Notes under the pieces: model-generated | Told to the model about the DNA's origin: nothing | Database searches by the model: none | What the model saw: only the letters and a program-made list of their open reading frames with translations | Shown: piece by piece, positions 35,701-50,700 of the stretch | How the letters are laid out: the number at the start of each line of letters is the position of its first letter | Position numbering within the stretch: the stretch's first letter is position 1 | Source: Ascidiella aspersa | Lineage: Eukaryota | Direction of reading: 5' to 3' | DNA: 64,000 bases | Assembly (NCBI GenBank): GCA_963924565.1 | Contig: OZ004615.1 | Span: forward strand, 6,200,001-6,264,000 | Program-made: the position numbers and the translations under genes

Positions 35701-38700
35701 CTAATTTGATCGAATCATATTTTTATCTATTTTTAGCTTACAACTAGCATTATTCAACGCTAATTGTAGAGTAAGCTATAAAACAGTAGATTATATCTAT
35801 CAAGAGCAATCATTTGACATAACCTAGGACCACTATCCCACAGCGTTGTACGCTTTATAAAGCAACTGTGCTCCTTGTCGACAATTGACATGGCCTGTAT
35901 TTTGAAGATCGCATTGTTTCGAAACAATAGGAAAAGTTCGTTGCAATAAGGTTAAGCTTCGGGGAAGTTTTTTTAAGTATACAAAATATTAAGTTGTGAA
36001 TCCAGGGTTTTGTGAAAAAAACGAAAGCCACTTGCATACCACCTGAACAGCCTTCGCGTACCACAGGTAGGGAACCCCTGCGTTACACTATCGATACTGG
36101 TCCGATATATTTCATTCTTAATTTGTAAACCGTGGCAGCGATTCTGTCTTGAACGTAAAACCGCTAGTTTTACTCACCACGTAGGGAAGATAGCATATGA
36201 TGAAGATGAGGCAGACGGCCATTGTTGTGATGGTAGCGTTCCGAGTTCGGCGTCCCGACGTTCGCTTCTTCTTTACCGCCGACTTGTGCTGGAACAAAAA
36301 TGGCGTCCGAATTAAACAATATGAAAGCTGACATGTGAGAGCGCGAACGGTAAAAAGTGCTAAAGCGAATACGTGGCCGTTGTGTAAACCTGTATACCTA
36401 GATTTAAGTTCACATGGGTAAAATTGGGCGACGCTTTTTTGCTAGCCTAGACAAAAATACTTACAACAACTCAAAACACAGTTTATGCTTGTTATGCAGG
36501 ACTTTAAACTTAAAAAATCTACTCTCTACTCGCTTAACAGTGCCGCTTTTTAGGCACAACCTGAAAGTCTATTTGGGCTTATAAACCTAAACTATTTTTT
36601 CAGGAAACGAAACAACGGTTAACAAAATAAGGTAAAAAGTATACAACAATAAGTGTTGCCTGGCCTTCAAAATGTGCACAGTGTCTGAATTAAACAAACA
36701 TTTTAATTTCAAGTTTAAAGTTAAGTACGGTATAAGTGGTTCAGTATCAAGAACGCCCGGTTTCCAAAAAGTCAGAACATATGCGCCCTCCGGTAAGCAG
36801 GACTTCGGACAGAATCAATCAACACAATTCGGCTTGTGTTATTATGACAGAAGCTTTTCACATAGGCCAAGTTTTCTTGAAAAATAGTCGAGGTCTGGTT
36901 CCTTTCAGCGATATAAAAACAGGTGTTCGCAAAGACCACCCGGGTGTAACTAAAGGGCCTAGGGGAGGCCAAAAACACTCGCCTATCGCGCTGCGGCGAA
37001 ATCAGGGGGGGGGGAATGACGCACAAATAAAGATAACCTCGGGTTGAAGCTGATAGGACGCTAATCTTTGCCGCCTTTTTCTACAGACAAAAGATCTGGA
37101 AAGCTTATGTGCCAGAAACTCCTTTATTGTCCGCCCTAAATAAACTATTGTTGTTGGGCACTGTAGGCCACTTACAAACCAAACTACCAATACACCCTCA
37201 TAAGAAAAAACGAAGCTTATATTTTTTGGTGCCCAAGTTTATGTTCCCCTTAAGATTTGGCTTAATTACCAGACTGTTAAAGTAGAATAAAATTAAGCTT
37301 GATAATGAATTACAAAGCCAAAAAGGTCGAGTAGATCGACATCATCTTGATAAAGACGTTTCTAAACGAACTTGTACCATCTTCAGTTAATTATCTTTAG
37401 CATTTTTGGCTTAATTCATTATCAAGCTACATTACAGATCCGTGTATTTTAGGGTATAACCAAAATTGAAATTAGTTTTCAATAAAATCTTAGCTAAAAA
37501 CGTCATCCATAATTTGTCTAAATCTCTTCGGATTGGCCTTGTGGGTTACGTAATAAAATGGATTTCTTTTCACGACAGATTACCTTACATTATTCATGCA
37601 TGTTATTTAGCAAACTACATGTGGCAGACGACTGAGAACAAAGCTATACCTGGTGAACGTAGTCTTCATACCAAATGCGCATTGAACTTTAGGATGAAAT
37701 AACGTCTAAGGCAATAACGACCGACAGGTGAAATGCGAAGGGCGGTTGTTAACGTACAACCCCACGCTCGTTAAACTCCTGCATAATCGCTCCCTTATGT
37801 TCAACCTGGCACTCATAAACCTTTCATGGCGGCCTACTCTTCTTTGGTGGTAGGAAAGTTCGGCCAGAGGCCATTCCATTTTTTGCACTTTTTGTTTAGG
37901 TTTAACCAATCTACATGTATTTGTCACAGTATGCATCTGGCCGAGTGGTGAACCTCTTTAAGAAAAGAATCGTGGTCGGTGCAATGCCCATTGTTTAATT
38001 GGAACATTAAATCATTATAACTTAGTTTTGTTAGAGCCTTTGTATTTTTACTACAACCCTTAGCTATTTTTTTACATGACATCGTTCACACACTTTAGAA
38101 AAAACGTTTTTAAACATCACAAGTATGGATTTAACATTTTTAAAGAGGTTCACGTTAGTTGTGAAATAAATAACAAGCTTAATTATGGGCTTCGGATGAC
38201 ACAATCATCTCCGATTTTTCGTTTTTTTGTTAAATGTCATTTTTAACAAAATAAACCACAATAATAAGGTAATGATCAGCGGCCAGCCTTTCCACAACGG
38301 CCAACAAAGAGGAGAGGTAACAGAAGAAGTCAGACAGGTGCTTGGGCAAACCGGCCCTTAAACTGCTGGCGAGAATAGATCTGGGCTTATGGCGAGGATA
38401 TCCGCTTGCATAGCAAAGGGTGCTTGACACGTTTGAAACTCGCCCGTTCAGCGAAATCGGGACAGCTGCCGGTCGCGAGGCTAAACGGTCGGGAATCGGC
38501 GTTTAACAACCCCATATTTATGGCGACTGCTGGCGAGCCTCGCTTTTGAATTTGGTTTAAACTTCGCCTTTGTACCAAGCAGGAAGGGGTGTTGTACCAA
38601 GCAGGAAGGGGTGTACGCGACCCATTAAAAATCGCGTCTGCTTAGAGCACAGCGCTCCTCAACCGGTACGGCACGTACGTTTGTCAGGTGACGGGGTGGC

Positions 38701-41700
38701 AAATGGAAAAATTATTCCACAATATAAAACATACGTGTTTATATAATTTTTACTTGTCGATGCCTATGTAGTAAAAACTTTAAACCCGGTTACGAAACAC
38801 TGGCTTACAGTCTACGACTCTAGGACTCTTAGGACTCTCTAGGGCAGTGGTTTTCAACCTTTTTTCTCTCGTGGCCCATTTTCGTTGCACAAAAATTGTG
38901 TGGCTCAATGATTTTGATAAAAGAACAAACTATAAAAAAGGTTTGGAACAAAAAATAGCGGAGCATATATCAAAACAGATTATTTATTCAACCGTGTATT
39001 AGGGAGGTACTTGCTTCTGAACAATAAATTTACGTTTCATTTACATTTCTTCTCAATTCCTCCCCCAAGCAGTTATTCCTGTAAAATTAAGTATAGTGTA
39101 TATACACAGATGAAACTAAACTCTTTAATAGTTCTAACTTTTTTAAATTGGTCTGTGGCCCACCTCAAAAGTTTCCATGGCCCACCAGTGAGCCACTGGC
39201 TGAGAACCGCTGCTCTAGGAAGTAAGCAAATATACAAGCCATTTGAGCGTCACAAAATAATTAGTATCTTAAATAAATATGGAATATAACAAAAAATATT
39301 GAATGGTTTTAGTCCTTACGCAAAATAAAACAACCAACAATCATTAGATTTGTTGACTGGTTTTAAATATTAACTGATTCAAAAGCATAATTATCGTTTT
39401 ACATTCTATTGTATGCGGGAAATTCCTTAGATAAGTGTTTCGGCAACAATGTTTAGATTACGACCCTAAGTAGATTGTGTGTGAAATCGCGTAATTCGTA
39501 ACATTGAGTTACCAGATATATAAGATGTAAGTCAATGTAATTAGTGACGTAATGATTCTCGAAAATTTAAGAAAAGCCAGATAAAATGGGCCAACAACCA
39601 AATTTCATTCCAATCGGTCCATTCGGAAATCTACAAGCCGCAACTGAAAATATACCGAACGAAATATTTTTCAATTCTTTTTGTTGGTAGAAGCCCGATA
39701 ACAGGAAATAATAGCTTCGAGTACACAAATTGCCGCAATACGGCCAAATATAGGTCAAAGGCACAAGTTTACGTTCGTTGGTTTCTCAACGCCCACGCAC
39801 TGATGGTGAACTTTAAGTCGAAGTGCTACAAATAAAAAACAGATTGATAATGAATTTAAAAATCAAAAAGGTCGAGTAAATCGTCATTATCTTTGAAAAA
39901 CCTCTAGACACGTACTTGTATCAATATCAGTTAATGTGACATCGATTTACTCGACCTGTCTGGCCTTGATATTCGTTATAAAGCTACATTACAGATCAGC
40001 GGATATTGTACCTAAAAAAAAAACAGTTCTGCTACGGATATATCAAATGACTTTATAAATATTATTTTTTTTTTGGTTAATTTTGTTTTTCGGTTGACGC
40101 CCATACGCCATTATATAAACTGGCGCTAATTTTTTGAGAAAATACTCGAAAGCTACAACATGTAAGTGCCAACATTAGGCTACATTTAATAGTCTGAAAG
40201 TAAAATAATGAACTGGACTCTTTTTTTGTTTTTGAAAGAGTTTAGCGTCGAAATTAGCCAATGCTGCCAATCAAAGCAATGTATTCTTTAAAAAACAATG
40301 TCGAAATTTGAGATGTGCCTATTTTTACATTTATTTTGGAATACGTTTAAAATTAATAAATTAAAAAAATGTAACATAGTAGCATTGTTTTCTGACCATT
40401 TGAACTGCCGACCCCAAACCAAGCACAACTTCGTCGAAATAGCTCGACTGACGCAAAGTGCGCATCGGCAATTAGCGCAGGAACAATTCGTTATCGCGAT
40501 CGGGCCAGGGCTGATGGTGGGGGGCAAAGTGGCCAGACACTCGATCAAACCGCCTCGCCACCCTCGCATCGCAGGGGGTGCACAGCACTGTACAACTCCC
40601 AATGCGTCAATGTCGCCAGGGGTGCGATCATTACTGTCCGTCGTGCTTGCAATCAAGCCAGGCGCGCTTCTCACAAATGCACACTTAGCTTTGTGTCCGC
40701 CTTTCGCCGAGCCCATGCAATGCATGTACCATGGGCAATTTGCGGCGCCAAAGATTCGGGAATCGGGCTACGAACAGGGTTTCTGGGCCTTTTGAGCACT
40801 GAGAGTTGGCCTGTATGACACATCGCTAAACATTTTTTTCTGTGATTTGTCTAGCATGATCGGAACCTGTTTTACATACTGCCTTTGGTAAAAAAGAAAA
40901 TTATAGAGCCCTCAATTTTAAAAGACAGACCTCAAATTATAATTAGCAAAAATACACCTGACCAACAACAAGCGTATTTAGTGGTTTCTACAGCCATGTA
41001 TGTTCCAAGGCAATTTACGGCTCCAAACATCCGGAGATCGGGCTACGAACAGGCTATTACTGGGTGTTCGGGCATTGAGTGTTGGCTGTACGGCACAGAA
41101 GCTGTGATTTGTTTAAGTATATGATCGAAGAACATTTGGATCATTGGTTCGCAACCTGTTTTACATAGGCCTCCGTTAAAAAACAAAGTTATGGGCACCT
41201 CAATTTTATAAGACAGGCGTCAAATTATAATTTTGCAAAAATACACCTACATATTATATAAAGACAAGAAAACTTTTAAAAACAAAAGAAAGTTCAAATC
41301 TAAAAAATTACGACCCAAGAACTATTGTCGTACATAAGTAACAAAATCCTTTCCGTACCAAGTGTAAAATTAACTAAGAGGAGTTGTCCATTTTCCAACC
41401 TTGTATTATTTATAAAATTTCCTCATGAGATAAAAAGCTGCGTGAGTTCGCAATAATTTGAAATTGAATCGGCATCGCTATTGTCAACGAGTATTTGCGG
41501 TCATCAGCTGTCTGTAGTTCAATGCAGACTAAACATATAGGCGAAAAGCATACTTTGAATAACCTAAGCGCACTCAAGTTACTGTTTCAAAAAAACAAAT
41601 GACTTGTTTACAACACTGCCGTTAACGCGATTGGTAGATCTGTGTATCGAAGTAAGTTATCGCGTAAAAGCAGTGAGTCAAGGGCTCTTAAAACACTTTG

Positions 41701-44700
41701 AAGACAGGGACGGCAAAGCCCACCTTTACCAAAAAGCGCCGCGATAAAAGCAAAAAGGCGCACAGGGCCGTTTAACGGTCAGCAGCCGGCGAGCGAACGC
41801 TGACAAATGCGTTCCTTAATCCGAGCAGGCAGCTCGAGCGATAAGCTATCCTCGATGACGCACGTTCTGACGTCATGGGCGCCGTGGGCCACGGGGAACC
41901 GGAGAAGTCCTGGCTTAGACTCCCCTGCCGTATGCTATAGTGGCCCACCGGCGAGGGATTTTATTTGAATTAAGGTTATATTGTTTTTTAATTAACTTCC
42001 AACACGCCCAATTCCCATTGCGATGCGGTGAAGTTGTAGGTCGGATTTCAGCTGCGTCGTGCAGTATTGCGTAATAGGTCGCTGGGTGTTTTTCGTCCGA
42101 TTCGCTAGATTCGCGAATCGATTTTTTGATGTCGCGCCCGTCGTTTTACGTAACACGCGAAATGGCTTGGCGTGCAAAACGACTCTTGTCAATCAGTCAC
42201 GAACCAGCACCACCGCCGCACCAAACCGAGTGCAATCAGCGGTAAAACTTGATAAGTTGCCCTTCTGTATTGAAACGACAAACTGTGTTTTTTTGCATGA
42301 CCACGATAGCAAAATCAATACGAAAATGGAAAGTGTAAACCTTTCTATTGGGGTAATTAGGTGTAATGGGCACCAGAACTAAACTGTTTGAAGCATTTTT
42401 CTCGTAGTCCAATGGTTCACAATTTTGCACAACGAGAGAATGTTGGTGTATCTAGCAATGGCCACACTTTAAACCTTTTTTAAAGCCAGGGATTAAGAGC
42501 TACGGGGCAGGTAAGTAGACTTTCTTACCTTTTTGTCGAAGGACATACGAAAGAGCTTGACCTGAAAGGTGACGGTGCAGGCGGCCATGAAAAGAAGGGC
42601 CACTAGGAAGATGCAGTGAACCGCCAGCACGTACACAGTGTCCACCCGGTCGTCTGCAATTAGCGTAATATACTCATTTTAGCCAACGTAAGACCGACCC
42701 AGCGCCTTGCCATATTCTGCAAGGATCCTTAGACTGGGGTACAAGCAGTACCGGATTAACCATTAGGCTACCACGGTTATAGCCTTGGGCCCTAGAAAAA
42801 ATCGGATTTTTTAGGGTTAAACTTGCGAGTAGTTGTATGAATTTTTATTACTTTTTTTTAGCTTGGTTTGCAAAATTAGGCCCTTCATTAGTATACAGCC
42901 TTAGGACTACAGTACCCTTAAAACGGCCCTGGGTACACTGACCTCTTGGGGCTATACGTGAACTAGTTTGGACGAAGAAAAACATGTCGACCTTGCTGGC
43001 CAACACGAACCCAAAATTGTTTTTTAGGGGTCTGCGTTAAATATTAGTTTAAGAATCCCTGCCATAAATACAGTACGAGAACATAGTCTCTAGCCTATAA
43101 AATATGCAGAATAGAATTATTTAGTGCGACCAATTTGTGGTACAGCAATGACCTGAAGACGCAACAACCAAGACTTTTAGCGATAATATCAGGAGCAACA
43201 CGTGCTTTTACTACAATTCAAGGTACATCGTTTTTTTGTTTTGTTAGGGTGTATAATATTTAACTATACATCGCTTCGCTTTTCGAAAAAAAAAACGTAC
43301 ACTTATAGTTGTATCAGAAAGCTTACCAATTTGAGCGAAGATCAGATTGTTAAAAAATCCTAAATACCTATCGGCATCTTTGAGCGTTAGAAACACCAGG
43401 GGGCTGCGGCAAACCGGTTGAGAACCACTGGGTTAGATATTAATGTGTATTAGGCTACTTGTGTGAAAACTGCAAGCAAATGCATTTGTGCGCAAATACA
43501 GAAGCGTTTCCGATGCGAGAACGCAATCGTGCGACAAAATTGACTTACTTCTCGTACAAACGGCCATATTTAGTTGACAGCAAGCACGCTGTAAGGTTCA
43601 GGTAAGGTCACACGACCGTTCCGCAAAGGCCTGCCTTTGTTCGACAATCTTTTTATCGCCGCTTGGCCTTTTACGTTTTCAAGGCGAAATAGCCTTGACC
43701 CATTTTTCAGCATTCTTTTGTGCCGTTTTCATACTTCGAAAACCAGTTCAAAATGTTCTCTTCAATTTATGACTACAGTCAGGAGCCAACTGGGCAATTT
43801 TGACCCGCGTTCGATTTTGTCGACTGAAAGGGCATTATTACGCGTGTATTACGTCATATAGGCTCGGGATAGGGTTGGGCAACCACACTGACATTTGGTG
43901 CCCTTGGAAAATAAGGTTTGCCTTCCAAACGAATCAGAGCGGCTGCCAATGCACCATGCATCGAAATACGTTGGCCGAATCCCGAACTTCTCTTTGCGTG
44001 TTGACTATGACTGCGCATAGAACGATACGGTATTAACATTCGATCGATTCGTTTGGACTCTCGCACGGCATTTCGGAGAAGGTCGCATTTCTTGTTTTAC
44101 GAATCGTTAATTTGAGCGCTGATGCTCATTACGCAGCACGGTGGTTTGCGGTTATACTGCAAACAAACAGATTAGATAGATTTCTGTAAACATTCCATGC
44201 AGGTTGACATTGGCCATTCTAGACTAAATGAAAATGAATAAACTATTATTGCCTATAGTGAAGAAATTGTCAATTTAAGCGGTTTACCCCTAAGGTCACT
44301 TCATATTTTGCAAACGTTTTGCAGGATTTGTAAAAACAAAAAAAACACAACACGTTGTTGTCATGAGGAAAATGCACTGTTGACGCACATTTTAATGAGT
44401 TTGTCCGACTTTTTCAAAATTGTTTTTTAGCAAGTGGTAAAGTAAAATTTAGTATCGATAACCAAACGCTATCTCTAGCAGACAAGGTTCTAACCTCACA
44501 AATTGTACATTTTAAAAGATCTTGCACCTTTACCTGTAAATGATCAGACATACTCTTGATCACGTAAAAAATCACTTACAGTATATATTGGCACTGAACA
44601 GTAATAGCAGACTTTTACTCACGAAACAGCACTGTACTTAAACCAAATGTTCGGTTTCACTTCGCTGTTGCAAGGTTCATCCGTAAATTATACCGTTTCT

Positions 44701-47700
44701 AACAGGTTGCGACTCATCCCATTTCTACATAAAACGGAACCCCAGGCCCCAGAGTTCCCATGTAGGGGCAATCAGGCATCAACCCTCACCTGTTATCGTG
44801 TCGAGCAGGCACATCCGCCTCCCACGTACCACGTGATACTCCCCAACGCCAAATATGGGCAGCGTGGTTATGATGAAGACAAAGCCGCAGGCGGAGGGCA
44901 AGAGCACCTTGAGGATCTAAAAATAAATCAGGGTTTGAGATCAGCTTCATTAGAGTTTTACTGAGACAAAGCTAAATGCACGACAAGCTGCCCGTTTTAA
45001 ATGCATAAAATACTGTTCATAGACGCTTTCCAGACTGCCTTTAAAGTTTTCTAAACCGACTCTTTGGCGGGCATGGACAGAGATTCAGAAACTTTTTAGT
45101 CAGCGGTATCGTTTAGTGTAAAACAAAACTGTTCTCGCTGTATGCAGAAACAGATACTATGTAACTTAGTCGGCGATAAGTATTAAAAAAAGTATTGAAA
45201 AACTCGAAATTGTATTATGTGTATTCTGTGATCAGGCCTTTTTCGAGACATTCTGGCCAAAGGTAATGGCGCACATTATGTGGTACACCGGATGCCTTTG
45301 GAAAAGCTTACCGAAATCAATCAACCAGATCGGGATTATGGTGCAAGTCAGGCCAGGCTAGAAAAACAATTAGCCTGCGGCGAGGTTCGAACTCACGACC
45401 TCCGGACCGTCGCTCCACCAACTGAGCTCCACAGGCTAATAGGGAGGCACGTCGAGAAACGACAGAAAGCACCATTGCTTGGTGCATCCTAATCGTACAA
45501 CCTTGGGGTAATTTTCTAGCCTGGTTTTACACTATCATCCTGACCAGACTGATTGATGTTGGTAGGTGTTTCTGAAAGCATCCATTGTGTTATAATATGG
45601 GAGTGGGAGATGCCCTATAATGCTAGGAAGTTTCGAATTAGAGTAATGTTTCTAAACGTTGGTTCTAGTGTGATTTAAATCCCGCCTTAAAAGGGCTGTG
45701 AATGAAGAAAAACCGGCAGTAGTAATGCAACCTTGTTTCAAATCTCAAATTGTATTACAAGCAATCGACGACCTAATTATTGTTAAGTATCCTGGCAATG
45801 GTCGTGAGACCGACAGGGCGAGGTCAAGGTCACTCTTCAACAACAACATCAGCACTTCTACGGCGGCATTCGCTGCTGCCACTACAATGCTATAAAAGGG
45901 CGGACCGAACTGTTTCTGCGTTGCGCGGTTTGCACGTTATCTGGGCCATGGTCCAGGTCCAATCTCACTGCCGGCCGAAGGCGCTTTAATTTGGCCGTGA
46001 GTGTTTTGCAAACAAGGCATTTCAAAATTAATTAAGTTAGAGTCAATTTAAAATGACTGGTGTAAAGCCATTTTCAATAAAACTTATTGCTTTAATAAGT
46101 TCATTCCATGTTTAGTCATTTGCATCAAAATTAATTTCATTGAAATAAATTTTAACGTTTAATATTTAAGATCATTAACCAATTTATTACGAAAAAGATT
46201 TCCAATTAAAACACTCGTGATTAATGTAAGTCATTTCGCCTAAATGACTCAAATCCAAGTCAAGTCATTTGTAGAAATTCGTTGGCATACCGTTGGCGGG
46301 ATTTTATACGCTGTAAGCCCGCAAGCGTAGTAAACAGATTGCCCTTAAAGCTACATAGCGTACAGGGAGACATAACCGCCCAAAGACCTTGCAAGGCTTC
46401 GCTCAATGTGCGACCTCTGGGGAAATTAAACGCTACAAAAATATCACTTGCAAATCGCAACGTCTATTACTGACAAATATCAGAAGATTTAATTGGCTCT
46501 AACATGTATAAATTAAGAGATGCGTGTTAATTTGTCGACGGCGACTAGGCAGTACTACGCCCTAGAATTGGAATTAAGCCTGTTGAAACACGGTTTAAGC
46601 TTGTTACAAGTTAAAAGGTGCTCATTTGGTAAAACGGGCGTCTGATGATTTGACCTCTCAATTTTTCAGCATTGAAATTTCTAAGCGCTGGTAAATATAT
46701 TAAATATTAGCTCGTGTGCTGGACATAAGTCCACGACGTTATTTGAACAAAAACAAATACGCTCGTTCATTACTGCTTACGTATAACGTCAGATAAAAAC
46801 ATGGGAAGTATACAATATTAGGGATTTAATATTGACAAATCTTAATTTTACTCGCGAGGGACTTTCGATTAAAGCGGACTAATTGCAGCAAAAAAGGAAG
46901 TAACAAGTATTATATTAAATGTACAGCAAATGAACGCACATTGACTTTGTGTCTAGTTGGTTTGTTGATGGGCGGAAAAGGGGAGTAACCGCAACTCCAT
47001 TTGTTGGCGTAAGTTTTTAAACAAGCTCATTACGAGGCCGAATTCGCCTAAGAGAACCAACAGCGATTGGCGAAGGATATTGGAGCAATACGGCAGCCTC
47101 ATTTGAACGACCTGGATCGCCTCCAAACACCCTTGGCTCGCTGTATTTAGCGTGGGAAAACTTGCGAGGTGATTTGATACGGATAAGGGCTGGTGCAAAG
47201 CTGTGAAAGCAGACAAAAACACACAAGCAACAGACGGGTGTGCAAGATTTCAGCGGGTCATCGGCAGGTGATTACTTGAAATAGATACTACCTAATACCT
47301 ACAGTGAAACAAATTCAGTAGCCTCTTACAATTTTTTTTGTAATCAAGCAAAATACACAATTTACTGTGTTTTGTGTACAAAGATATTACACAGCAAATT
47401 GAAATAAAAAATGCTGTTTTTTTTCTGCTGTTGGCTTTGGAAGGCAAACCGTTGTCGCTTTTTTAAATTTATTTGTTTCTTCCGAAACAGCTTTTTAGGT
47501 CAAACGCGTCTCTTTTCAGGTTAAACGAAGGGCACCGGCTCCGAATTCCCTGATGTTTGTAAGATAATCATGGCAAAGATAAAAGCAAGATAAGTTATAA
47601 CGCCATGGATTCGTCGCAGGAAAGTGTCAACCACGGAATCGGCAAACCCTTCTGGGAATCGCGAACCGATCGAGAAGAAAGATGGAAGGGCACTGGGAAC

Positions 47701-50700
47701 TTATTGAAGATTGCGTAAAACAAGATCGAACAGCGAAAACACGTTTATTTGTCCGGCTGCCAAACGGTGACTATACCACTTTCGCCGGCACCAGTGGTCA
47801 TGTACGATAGGTCCGGTCTCATGGCCAGCCGACGAGACGCGGAAATGTTCGGTGGCTGTACTGGTCGCTGTCAGACGCAACATTACTAGTACTTAAAAAC
47901 GATTTTTAGCCAGGGTTACCGTCCTTATTTTTTTTTGTGGCGAATCCTAAAATTTGGACTTAAATTTTTCGTAAGAATCCGTAATGTTTTGAACTGAGTC
48001 GAAACTTACTTAAAGTGGGTGACGGCGAATGTTACTTTGTATCGGAAAAATCAATTTCGGAAGGTCGGTTTTTGTTCTTTTATTTTTCGATTGTCCTTGT
48101 TAATTACTTTAAATGGAAATAAATCCCGTAACAGAGAATTGTTAAAAAAATGAGATATCTACGCCGATTTTTAAAAGATTTTAGGAACGTTAAAGCAATA
48201 TTGTCTCGAAAACATAAAATAAAATAGGATCTATGAAATGCTACACTTGATACAGTTTCTCTAGTCTATATTTTAAAAAAGTGTTAAATTCCCAGAAAAA
48301 CTCTGTAACATTGTTACGAAAATTCTGAATGACTGCACATAATCACATATATTTGAGAGCCAAGCAAAGTCAAGCATACAGTAAGTTCATCTGTCGTGGT
48401 GAGATGTTGCAACTGTATGGAAATAAATCGCGAAAAATTCTTAATTCGGCACAATTGCGTTCTATAAAAAAAACCTTCACCCTTTGTTGAGAATCACTGC
48501 TTCACACCAAGAAAAGTATAGGCAAACGCCGACGAGAATCTGGGCGCGCGAAGCGTGTATAGGTTCTAATTGTCGCGACGCCAGACGGGCGACAGTGGCG
48601 TGTAATAAGACGCAGCGCCCGACCCCGACCGCCAATGAAGAGCGAATTGCGACGCTCGAGCACTTCCGGCCCGGCGTCACCAAAACAACCGCGTCCGAGT
48701 GACGTCACGTCCCACACCCCCTCCCCTCTCGTTTTTTCCCCTGGATCGAGTTTGAGCGTTGCTAGAAGTCATGGTCAAAGTAACGTGAAGCTCCTTTTTG
48801 TCCTCTTTTTTTCGCGCCTTTGGTTTCACCAAATATTTAAATTAAAATTTTGCGGCCGCAGCGATCTCGGGCAGTTTCTGACCTTTTCACATTTTCTGGA
48901 AATTCAGTAATTTTTTTGTGCGTTATTTAGTAAAAATAAACATCATTAAATTTAGGCTGAGGCATATAAGTATAAAATATCTGCACTTGGCATAAATTGT
49001 CTACGGATGTGAACTTATACAACATGTCATTGGATGCCCTTGTAACACTTTATTTCGACCAAGGCCCAGGTGGGTTTTCACAGAAGCGGGCATACAACAA
49101 ACCAGTGTTTTTTAACATATGGGCCGCGATTAAAAATTGGGTCGCTGCCTGCAGTAGTTCACGTATAGTTATAGATTTGCTTGACAAACACTGCAATAAA
49201 CGAACCGTTTGACCTTGAAAATAACTGCTGTTTTTTTACCAATGTGTCACGAGGTTGTATATAGTGGGCTTACAAGAAACAAAAACCCTTGGCACAGTCA
49301 CTGAAACGCCGCTGATAATATATTCGGCAATGTTCCTGATAAATAATTTAAACTGCGGCCGATTGCGGACATTCGTGACGTCATTTAGTTACGAAGTGAC
49401 GGATCCTCGATTTGGCGACTAACCCTCAGCAACAAATCAGGTCAAACTGCGCCAAACTTGTGTTTTGTTCCATCGCGCATGCGCAAGGGGTCACCTTGTT
49501 TATGTCGCTGTTATTGAGAAACGCAGTTGACTCGTGACGTCACTGTTTCTGTGTCGTTCGCGAAAGGGAGTTGTTGAAAACAGGAAACATTACAGTGACA
49601 AAAATCACGCGTTTTTTGTTCCTATTTGAAGATATAGCACCCAAAGAGAACTGTGTTTTGAAACGCCGCCTCAAAACGACTTGACTTCTTACGAAAAAAA
49701 AATAATAGAACCGCTTATTAGTCAATTCGTTCGCATTGCACTATTGCAGGTTTTCATCTGCGTGACCATTTCTTGCCTTTTGTTAAAAATCGTAAACGGA
49801 TGAAAAATTGCCTTTTAAATCGCTTTATAGTCAAACGTTGTTGCCTTTCGAGGCTATTTGCTAAAGTTGAGATCAGTAACGCTCGCGAAAAAACGGTCGC
49901 GTTGATCGTCGCTTTTTACCATTTTGGAGTTGAAGGTCAATATATTCAAAAGAGTGCCATTTCTATTTTGTCGGCTTTAAAACCGAATTCGCTAAATAGA
50001 CCATCGACAGCAGAAACAAGATATTTTTAAATCACATCGAACACAATACAAACTTAATTATTTAAAGCCAATTATTTAACTCACAATGTTTTTGTCAAGC
50101 ATAGTCGTAACAAAAGGTTGTTTTTTTTTTGTTTTTTTTTAACACGACGATAAAGGATGTTACTGTCGTGCAATTCGACCACCGTATTTACTGCAAAGAA
50201 AGAGCGTGTAATGTGCTTCGAAACCTACAAAGTGTATAGCGCGATGGCAGTACCCGTCGCACCCTTAATTATTGCATCACACCACCTTTGTTCGCATCGC
50301 ACAGCATCCGTGCGAAGCCATAGAGGTTCACAGCAACAGAAACGTTGACGAACTTCGCGTTCTGAATTAATCAAGGACACGCTTGACAGGCATGTTGTCT
50401 GCAATTACACAGAACGAACGTTCCCGCCCAAAAGGGGCCTCGCGTTTTAGGAAGCGACTGCCTCTATTCGGTATTGCATAACAGACGGCCTGTCGAAGAT
50501 TAATTGGGTGCGACGGTTTAAAGACTGTGCTTTAAATACTGTTTTATTACATTTAAAAGCACGTAGATTGACAGCGCTAGTCGATATTGGTCGAAATTCG
50601 ATCGACCACTTTTACAATTTTTTTGGTAATGTAAGAATAATAAAATATTGGTAAAAATGCACTTATGGTATCAGTTAACAAGTACTGTATTTTTAGGTAT

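Noticed and set aside
40288-40795. 165-aa and 145-aa antiparallel ORFs nested in a GPCR intron
   Set aside because: No recognisable domain; the ORF runs into a tandem duplication whose two copies do not keep the same reading.
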